A stretch of 30,796 bases of DNA from a virus (lineage: Duplodnaviria; Caudoviricetes). Below, in pieces: positions 24,128-30,796 of this stretch; positions within the stretch are counted from its first letter, which is position 1; each line of letters opens with the position of its first letter. The DNA lies in IMG/VR virus record IMGVR_UViG_3300030397_000600, positions 1-30,796 of that record; one strand, written 5' to 3'. The position numbers and the translations under genes are program-made. Under the pieces are notes generated by a model, which was not told the DNA's origin, did not search any database, and was given only the letters and a program-made list of their open reading frames with translations.

Positions 24128-24553
24128 CTAGGGTTCATCGATTGTGTAAGGGTCACCGCGCACGTGGTGGTAGCGCACGGTAAATTGAGCCTCGGCAAAG
24201 ACCAGCTTCCCGATCTCGGTTAATATTCCGCCGCCGGTGTACTGGACGCCGTCCGCAAGTCCGGTGAAGGTTTCGTCAGAGAACATGGCGGTGATTATCT
24301 GGGCCAGCAGTTCATTCGCCTGGGCTCTGAGTAACGCCCGACTCGCCTGCGGAGCCGCAGCGGCAGCCTTTGCAATCGCCACTGGCATCTCGATATTGGT
24401 GATACCGTACTGATCGTTCTCCGCGGCATCTTCGCCCTCTTCCACGATCGTGACGGGAACGTCATCCTCGTCCTCCGGGACCTCCAGCGCATACTCACCG
24501 CCTACTGCGGTAGTAATCGCGGATAAAAGCTGTTCCCTCACCGATACCGGCAT
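24128..24553 (-). CDS. Tail terminator-like protein
   Basis: SVREQLL.AI start, acidic, ..VRY....DPY end; gene position. Confidence 0.65.
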   Translation of the reverse strand: MPVSVREQLLSAITTAVGGEYALEVPEDEDDVPVTIVEEGEDAAENDQYGITNIEMPVAIAKAAAAAPQASRALLRAQANELLAQIITAMFSDETFTGLADGVQYTGGGILTEIGKLVFAEAQFTVRYHHVRGDPYTIDEP

Positions 24554-24556
24554 GGC

Positions 24557-25174
24557 CTACTCTTTCGGGTACTTTTTCTGCAGGATGAAACGCATCGCAT
24601 CCAACAGCTGAAATTGATAGATATCGCTGGCCTCGGGCAACACGTCATCCCGGACCGTGTTGAATACCTGGGAAAGACTGGCGGAGTACGCCACATCGAT
24701 CTTTCCGCCCTTGGGCCCGGGTGACTCCCGACGCCTGACGATAGCCAGAGCCCGACTGTTCGGCAGGACCATGTAGAAAAATTCTTTTCCAAGCGGCTTG
24801 GTTGACCCTACGGGCTTGACCTTGACCCGAATTCCACGGGCCGGGACCGGCGGTGGCTTTATCCAGCTGACCTTGTCGCTGCTGACATTGGAATCAGTCG
24901 AGTACTTCGAAAGCAACAAACCCCTGGAGGGCGTGCGAATAGCGCCGCTGAGATCGCTTCGACTTGCCTTTTTGATGGCCAGACGCTCTCTCACATACTT
25001 GGCCTTCAGCCGTACCTGGCTGCGAATCGCCGCACTCGCCAGCGTCTTTACCTTCGGCGCCGCCTTGTTGATCGCGATCCGAATCGCATCCGACGTGTGC
25101 CCACCGACATGCTCGAAGTACGATACCGCCTCAGCGATATCATCCTGTCTGGCCTGTATCGTGTAGCCAATCAT
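24557..25174 (-). CDS. Minor tail / neck protein (lambda gpZ-like)
   Basis: Basic protein with AI.IAINK and LKAKYVRERL.I; ATGA-coupled start at 25174. Confidence 0.7.
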   Translation of the reverse strand: MIGYTIQARQDDIAEAVSYFEHVGGHTSDAIRIAINKAAPKVKTLASAAIRSQVRLKAKYVRERLAIKKASRSDLSGAIRTPSRGLLLSKYSTDSNVSSDKVSWIKPPPVPARGIRVKVKPVGSTKPLGKEFFYMVLPNSRALAIVRRRESPGPKGGKIDVAYSASLSQVFNTVRDDVLPEASDIYQFQLLDAMRFILQKKYPKE

Positions 25175-25482
25175 GCTGCCAGGCACCGGTGTTCAAAGCC
25201 GTCGGACTGTAGAACCTCAGCCACCGTGTACACCTTTGAGGAGGCGGTGATCGTAAAGGTCTCCTGCCGCTTTGGGACGGCAGCGAGCTCTGAGATGCGA
25301 ACGCTGATAATCACTGACTTGGCATTTATCTCGGCTGTGCCGCCGTAACTCGACAGGTTGTGATCGACAATCACCGAACAATCGGTGGTGCTGGCGTCCT
25401 TCTTGGTGAACACAGCAGCATCACCGTATCGGTCATAGATTGCCTCGAGGCCGGTCGACATTGGCGCCGAGAACTTACTCAC
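25171..25482 (-). CDS. Head-tail joining protein (gpFII-like)
   Basis: 103 aa beta-rich protein following the capsid decoration gene. Confidence 0.65.
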   Translation of the reverse strand: MSKFSAPMSTGLEAIYDRYGDAAVFTKKDASTTDCSVIVDHNLSSYGGTAEINAKSVIISVRISELAAVPKRQETFTITASSKVYTVAEVLQSDGFEHRCLAA

Positions 25483-25844
25483 TAGGTGACAGTGCCGGGT
25501 ACGCCGGTGAATTTGACCTGCATGGTGGTGTCACTGCTGGTGTACGACCCCCAGGCTACTGCCGGGGGACCGGTAACATCACCAGAGGCAGGGGTCGCGG
25601 CGTTATCGTCGAACTTGCCCGCCGAGACATCCCAGGTCAGATCCTCACCATCTGAGATCACCGCAGCAGTGACCTTGGGTACAGTGAACACCCCGGACAT
25701 GGCGACACTGCCGGTTTCGCCGATCGCCAGGTCCACCAGGGCCACACCGAGAGTCTGGCCAATAACAACCACATCACCGGAACTGATTGCGGCGGCCGCG
25801 GTGTGTTGGCGGATATCGCCACTTTCTACAAAATTGCTCGCCAT
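25482..25844 (-). CDS. DUF2190-family capsid cement/decoration protein
   Basis: MASNFVESG...AAISSGDVVVIG...GVA..D.A.GETG.VA.SGVF.VPK. Confidence 0.85.
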   Translation of the reverse strand: MASNFVESGDIRQHTAAAAISSGDVVVIGQTLGVALVDLAIGETGSVAMSGVFTVPKVTAAVISDGEDLTWDVSAGKFDDNAATPASGDVTGPPAVAWGSYTSSDTTMQVKFTGVPGTVT

Positions 25845-25881
25845 AATTTGGCTCCTATCAGTTGATTATCAGGCGGCGCTC

Positions 25882-27927
25882 TTAGGCGCCGGCGTCAGTT
25901 GTTGCCCCGCGGTAGTCGATGGCCGCGACACCGAAATCAAGCCGCGCCTTGAACTGCGTGCCGTCGACGGTGAAGCCCATCTGCTGTTCGATGTACGGCT
26001 CCTGGTTGCCGTCCAGGAACGCAACCTCGATGACCGGCGCCACGTTCGGATCGGCGAACATGTAGCGACGGGTGCCGCTCATACGCGGAGTGTCGACAAC
26101 GTCGTCGAACAGTCCGCGCACCACATTGGGCCGGCGCTGGTTCTTGTTCGCCTCGTCGTCGTATTCCTGTTCGTTCACCTGGCGGGCAGTACCGCCCAGA
26201 CCAACAGGAACTACCAGCAAGCTGGGCCGCAGATCCAGGAAGTCGTTATCGCCAACATCAGTCTGGGAGGCCATCAGCACCCGGTCTGCCTCGATGCTGG
26301 TTACCGAGAGGGCAGCGCCTGAACCAATGTTGCCGTGATCGGCGTGGAACAGAGTCTTCGAGTCAGAAACCAGAACCGGACCAAGGCCGCTGTTCTCGGC
26401 CAGCAGTGCGTACACCGCAGCTTCGATGGTGCGGCGCCCGGCGCGCCCGAGCATTGCAGCCAGGCTGAGGAATGCACCCAGATCGTCGTTCACGATCGTC
26501 TTCCGGGAAATGTTGATCACATTGCCCTTGGTATCGGCGGTGATGCTGCCCTTCTCGCCATCCGGAATGGTCTTGTTCTTGAACTCACCAAGCTCATTGA
26601 GTGATTCCAGGTTGCCCAGGGAGCCCGTGCGATAGCGATTGTGCGCCCGGAAATCTGACACACTGCCCGTCGCACAGAACCGGCTCCAGGTATCCGGAGC
26701 CACCGCATAGGCCTCTTGGAGAGCCTTGTGCATGGCATTTTCCAACAGAACAGGGAAGTCACTGGTGCTGGTGGTAAACGCTGCGGCAACGACTTCCATC
26801 TGATTCATAGAGGAATGATTGACGCCAGCGCGGTCCAGGGAGGCCTTGGCGAAGTCCAGCAGCTTGAAGCTGCCGAAGTTCGAAGCCTTTGCGAAATTCC
26901 GCGATTCATCGTTGGCCAGGCCAGCTTTGACCAGAAGAGAGGCAACAGCGTCACGCCGGAAGCGCTCGGTGCCATCGTCACCAGTCACTCGAATACTACC
27001 CGCCACGGGCTCAGCGCCCTCGGCCATTTTCGCCAGAATTTTCTGGCCAGCGGCCTCGGGCGTCATCTCATGATTCTCCAGCAGTTCCGCCTGGAGCTCA
27101 GACATGCCGTCCCGGTCGATAAAGGGCTTGAAGGTCGCCTGGATGCCTTCACGGCGTTCCTTGTCTTTGGCAAGAGCTTCCTTTGCAGCCTTGGCAGCAA
27201 CCTCCCCCTGCTCTTTGGCTTTGGCATCGTCCGCCGCCTTCGCATCCGCTTTTGCCTTGGCTTCAGCGGCTTTCTTCTCTTCTTCTGTCATGGTTTGCTC
27301 CCTTGCAAGTGAACCTGCGTGAGTGTTTGATTTTGTGAAGCGGACCATCGCCGCTTCCGAGATTTTCGCGGATGCCGCAATGGAAATGGATTCAACTACC
27401 GAATCGACGTAGCCCTCGGCGAGAGCCTCTTCGGCGGTGAAGTAATGGTCTTTGCCGTCGGCCAGAATCGCGATCACGTCTTCCTTGGATTTCCCTGACT
27501 GCGCGACGTAACTGGTGGCCATAGCCTCAGACCAGGTATCGAGTTGGTCAGCATACTCCCGGAGCTCCGCCGCGTTCCCGGCACAATAAATCCAGGGCGC
27601 ATGAATCATGAGGATGGCGTTCTCCGCCATCTCCACCGTATCGCCCGCCATGGCGATCAGGGATGCGCAAGACATCGCCACCCCGTCGATGGCTACGGTG
27701 ACGTGCGCGGAATGGCGCTTGATCGCGTTGTAGATGGCCAGGCCATCAGGGACAGAACCACCGTAAGAATTGATGCGGACAGTGATCCGATCGGCCTCGA
27801 GTGCGTTGATCTGAGCAACAAAATCAGCCGCAGACGTGGTTTCCTCAAACCAGCTCTCGCCGATATCGCCGTAGATCCAGATCTCTGGCTCGCCAGATGC
27901 CGCTCGAATTTCGTACCAATTGCGCAT
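25882..27927 (-). CDS. ClpP-type prohead protease / scaffold / major capsid fusion protein
   Basis: IYGDIG, INSYGG, GVAMSCAS and MIHAPW (S14 protease); charged linker; TSDFP.LL, IVNDDLGAF and DFG..AIDYRG (capsid). Confidence 0.93.
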   Translation of the reverse strand: MRNWYEIRAASGEPEIWIYGDIGESWFEETTSAADFVAQINALEADRITVRINSYGGSVPDGLAIYNAIKRHSAHVTVAIDGVAMSCASLIAMAGDTVEMAENAILMIHAPWIYCAGNAAELREYADQLDTWSEAMATSYVAQSGKSKEDVIAILADGKDHYFTAEEALAEGYVDSVVESISIAASAKISEAAMVRFTKSNTHAGSLAREQTMTEEEKKAAEAKAKADAKAADDAKAKEQGEVAAKAAKEALAKDKERREGIQATFKPFIDRDGMSELQAELLENHEMTPEAAGQKILAKMAEGAEPVAGSIRVTGDDGTERFRRDAVASLLVKAGLANDESRNFAKASNFGSFKLLDFAKASLDRAGVNHSSMNQMEVVAAAFTTSTSDFPVLLENAMHKALQEAYAVAPDTWSRFCATGSVSDFRAHNRYRTGSLGNLESLNELGEFKNKTIPDGEKGSITADTKGNVINISRKTIVNDDLGAFLSLAAMLGRAGRRTIEAAVYALLAENSGLGPVLVSDSKTLFHADHGNIGSGAALSVTSIEADRVLMASQTDVGDNDFLDLRPSLLVVPVGLGGTARQVNEQEYDDEANKNQRRPNVVRGLFDDVVDTPRMSGTRRYMFADPNVAPVIEVAFLDGNQEPYIEQQMGFTVDGTQFKARLDFGVAAIDYRGATTDAGA

Positions 27928-27995
27928 AGATAATCCTCTGAATGCTCAGATGTTGCGTATAGTGGGTGTCGCTTTTTAGGGGAAAATCGGAATTT

Positions 27996-28277
27996 CTACG
28001 AAGGAGTATTGTGGAGAGCCCGATAAACCGTATCTCTGCCACAGCCGTATTTCTTGCAGACTTCCTGCAGGTTCCCGCCGACGAAGTCCCGGCGGATAAG
28101 GGCATCTCGCTCCTTCGCCGACATATTCTTCAGCTTCATCGGCCAATAGTGCTCAATGCCAGCCTGGCCATTTTCTATCCCCCAGGCGATTATCTTGCCG
28201 GCCGTTTCCTGAGCTTTCTTTTTAGTTTGTCCACAGCCCTCCTGCAGGGCCTGGGTCAGTAATTCATTCAATGTCAA
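27996..28277 (-). CDS. Mor/C-family transcription activator-like protein
   Basis: ERDALIRRDF.GGNLQEVCKKYG....TVYRAL C-terminal HTH. Confidence 0.7.
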   Translation of the reverse strand: MTLNELLTQALQEGCGQTKKKAQETAGKIIAWGIENGQAGIEHYWPMKLKNMSAKERDALIRRDFVGGNLQEVCKKYGCGRDTVYRALHNTPS

Positions 28278-30379
28278 AGTCTGCTACTCCATCCGTCACG
28301 GCCAATCGATTGCGCTTTACGCTTCCTCTTTGGCGCTGTCCTTTCCGCGCGGCGCTCCTCGGCAGTGATCATCTCGGAATTGCCACCCCCGTGGATCGGC
28401 GCCGCCCAGGTGGGCGGTTCGTCCCATGAGAGTTTCCCCTTTGCCCCGAAACCCAGAGACTCACAGACCGCCAGCGCGTAGACCCACAGATCAAGGGCCT
28501 CATTGCGCTTGGCAATCTGCTTCCACTTGCCATTTGGCTGACGCGTTTCTGCGCGCAATTCGTCAAAATAAGCGGCCGGCAGCCAGGCCGGCACATGGAA
28601 ATAACCAGGTCCCGGCACCTTCCTGCGCATGGAGGCGGCGACGATATCCTTGTAGTAATCCGTGTCCAGGAGCCAAACCGGCATATCCCGCATCGCCTTA
28701 CCCAGGTTGTTCCTGGCGTGGCTGCGTACGATGGGTTTTTCCTTGGTAGCGCGAGTGCCGTCCCGGCCCTTCAGCAACAACACCTTGTGCGACAAGCCCT
28801 GCTTCCGCAATCGACGAAACCAGGCATAGGCATTTTGAGTAGTGCCCTGTTCACCGCCGGTGTCCACGCCGACCCGGTAGACGCGGAGTTCTTTATCACT
28901 ACTGGTCCGGTACGTCGCCGAGACCAGCTTTTCGGTGATCAGGTCCCAGTCTTCCGGGTAACCGGCAGGATCAACTTGCGCGGGGTCACCGTCTCGCTCC
29001 GTTTGCCGGATCATGTAGCGATCGACCAGCCAGGAGGTCAGATCCTCACCAAAGGCGCGCACTTCACACACAAAACGGCTGTTCATGCCGCCCTGAATAT
29101 CCACGGTGGCGATGAGAAATCGCGCTTCGTCGGGCACGTAATATCGCTGAAGCTCCTCGGCGCGGCTCTCGATGTCCGCCTCCGTATCCGCCAACAGGTG
29201 CCGCGGCATGTAGGGCATGCCCTGGTCGGTGTTGGTCGTCACCTTGAGGCGCTTTTCGGAACCGGTTAGCGCATACTCTCGCAACCCCTGAAGGTAACGA
29301 AGTATCAGGCTCTCCCAAGTCTGATAGGCTGCCGCGACGCCGCCCAACCAATAGCCGGCCATTGTCGATGCCTGAACATCGCCCTGGACCTCGCCGTCAT
29401 TCGACACTGTCTGGCCTTCAGCAACCCAGCGGGCCGTGCTCAGGTCATTCAGTTGGGGTTTCCATTTTTGCTCAATCAGGCTCCCACAACTCGGGCACAT
29501 GACACGCGCGTGCTCCTCAGCCAAGCGTGATATCTCGGCCTTCCGGATGATCTCAAGGAGTTCTTCCTCTCGCGGCAACGTTGCAAACAGCTCGAGGCCC
29601 GGCTTTGCCTCGAAGTAATCTCGGCAATCCAGGCACTGCCAATACCACCGGCGACGATCGCTGCTGTTGTAGATCCCGAGTATGCCTGTCGAGGGTGGCG
29701 CTTCGTGGGCCGACTCAGCGCGCCACTGCGGCTTCGAGCAATCACGCCCTGGCGAGGATTCAACCAAGCACATGCCGCGCGACAAAAAAGTCTGCGTTCG
29801 CTTGAGCGCGAGGGGGAAGGCCGCGCCCTCCCCATCGATGTTCTCCGGGTAACGGTCGTAATCGGTGAGTGCGACATACCGATAGTCCGAGGAAGATAGC
29901 TGCGACGCCGAAGGCCAGGCGATTTTCAGCCACATGCCGTGCTTGAACAGCTTATCGTGCGTATTGTCGTCGTGCCCATGCGGACTCATGAGCTTGGACA
30001 ACGCCGGGCTGTAGCGGATGGCCCGGTCGATCCGGATCTTGCTGAACTCCCGGGACTTGTCCTGGGACATTTGCACAATCAGCATGTCACCCGGGTCGCA
30101 GGTCACATTCCGCGCGAACCACCCATCGATGAGCCCCATGGTCTTGCCGGTTCGCGCCGGGCCGACAAAACAGATGGCCTCATGCCGCCGACTGGCGAGC
30201 ATGTCCATAGGCTCCACCATGTAGGGCGTATCATCCGACGACCAGGGCCCCGAATAGCCACCCGGCTGGCGTATAACCAGGGTCTCGGCGGCGCCTTCTG
30301 ACACGCTGATTCGCTTCGGTGGCCGGAAGGCCTCGGCGGCGGCCCGGACAATCGGCAGCGCGGATGCGAATGCGGTCAT
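28274..30379 (-). CDS. terL: Terminase large subunit (lambda gpA family)
   Basis: TPYMVEPM, GPARTGKT (Walker A), YVALTDYD (Walker B variant), ESSP, VDIQ and RNEALDL.VYA. Confidence 0.95.
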   Translation of the reverse strand: MTAFASALPIVRAAAEAFRPPKRISVSEGAAETLVIRQPGGYSGPWSSDDTPYMVEPMDMLASRRHEAICFVGPARTGKTMGLIDGWFARNVTCDPGDMLIVQMSQDKSREFSKIRIDRAIRYSPALSKLMSPHGHDDNTHDKLFKHGMWLKIAWPSASQLSSSDYRYVALTDYDRYPENIDGEGAAFPLALKRTQTFLSRGMCLVESSPGRDCSKPQWRAESAHEAPPSTGILGIYNSSDRRRWYWQCLDCRDYFEAKPGLELFATLPREEELLEIIRKAEISRLAEEHARVMCPSCGSLIEQKWKPQLNDLSTARWVAEGQTVSNDGEVQGDVQASTMAGYWLGGVAAAYQTWESLILRYLQGLREYALTGSEKRLKVTTNTDQGMPYMPRHLLADTEADIESRAEELQRYYVPDEARFLIATVDIQGGMNSRFVCEVRAFGEDLTSWLVDRYMIRQTERDGDPAQVDPAGYPEDWDLITEKLVSATYRTSSDKELRVYRVGVDTGGEQGTTQNAYAWFRRLRKQGLSHKVLLLKGRDGTRATKEKPIVRSHARNNLGKAMRDMPVWLLDTDYYKDIVAASMRRKVPGPGYFHVPAWLPAAYFDELRAETRQPNGKWKQIAKRNEALDLWVYALAVCESLGFGAKGKLSWDEPPTWAAPIHGGGNSEMITAEERRAERTAPKRKRKAQSIGRDGWSSRL

Positions 30380-30795
30380 TCCTCGACCGGCCCCAGTGTT
30401 GAAATCCGTTCCGCGAGAGAGTCCAGAGAGACAAACAGCGCCGCCTCCACCCGCTCAGCGGTGTCCCCGGAAACCGAGTACTTGCGCTCGAGGATATCCG
30501 GTATTGCCTGTATGTCTTGAGACAGCGCAGCAAAGGTGGTCGCAATCACCCGCTCGACCTCCTCAACCGGAATCAGCTCCTGGTCCCGCTCCTCGAGTTC
30601 GCGTTTCTTAACTTCGGACTCATACCAGGCCTTCCTCTCGGCTGGCGTGAAGCTGTCAACGTCCGGCCCGTCAGTTTCTGTTGCAGCGCTGAATCGCCAG
30701 CGCGCGACAGCGATGACATCGAAGACCCAGGGGACACCACTTCGGCCCCGCTTCACCACGGGACAGCCCCTACGCACCCAGGCGTCTACAGTGTT
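30376..30795 (-). CDS. terS: Terminase small subunit (Nu1-like), 5'-truncated by the window edge
   Basis: Frame is open to the window edge: NTVDAWVRRGCPV (wHTH), P.ERKAWYESE, IPDILER; ATGA-coupled to terL. Confidence 0.85.
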   Translation of the reverse strand, partial: NTVDAWVRRGCPVVKRGRSGVPWVFDVIAVARWRFSAATETDGPDVDSFTPAERKAWYESEVKKRELEERDQELIPVEEVERVIATTFAALSQDIQAIPDILERKYSVSGDTAERVEAALFVSLDSLAERISTLGPVEE

Positions 30796-30796
30796 G

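Noticed and set aside
29860-29885. Inactive terminase suggested by Walker B reading LTDYD instead of DE
   Set aside because: The ORF is otherwise intact, and I recall this variant in other gpA-family terminases; not evidence of decay
20142-30611. Many long + strand ORFs opposite the structural genes (e.g. 25486-26322, 28595-29269)
   Set aside because: Antisense shadows expected in GC-rich coding DNA; no motifs or RBS
1-30796. CRISPR array, IS elements, lysis cassette, cI/replication genes
   Set aside because: None recognised; lysis, repressor and replication modules probably lie outside the window

Overview
This is about 31 kb of a temperate lambdoid (long-tailed, siphovirus-type) phage of a probable Gammaproteobacterial host. 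It appears to be in its non-integrated configuration, because an intact attP-like site (24-bp copy of a tRNA-Pro 3' end, arm-type repeats, IHF consensus) lies at about 6.4-6.6 kb with phage genes on both sides. The + strand from 1 to 14.4 kb holds immunity-adjacent accessory genes (58-aa ORF plus an IrrE/ImmA-like protein with KExxH) and a pL-like promoter with a palindromic operator. It continues as a long early operon: Lar-like, DUF5131, excisionase, tyrosine integrase, HNH-AP2, ASCH-like proteins, ThyX, class II Fic and many small hypotheticals. It ends with a self-contained radC(JAB) + KorC/Aca-like HTH operon behind a near-consensus promoter carrying a 17-bp operator. The - strand from 14.4 to 30.8 kb holds the morphogenesis genes: terS, terL (gpA), Mor-like regulator, ClpP-capsid fusion, head-tail and tail genes with a lambda-type GGGAAAG -1 frameshift, and tape measure. 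The most unusual points are (i) gpW + portal relocated out of the head module into the tail-tip module, (ii) a RadC/JAB gene in an acr-aca-style operon, and (iii) int/attP splitting the early operon. All family assignments come from motif recognition by eye, not from database searches.
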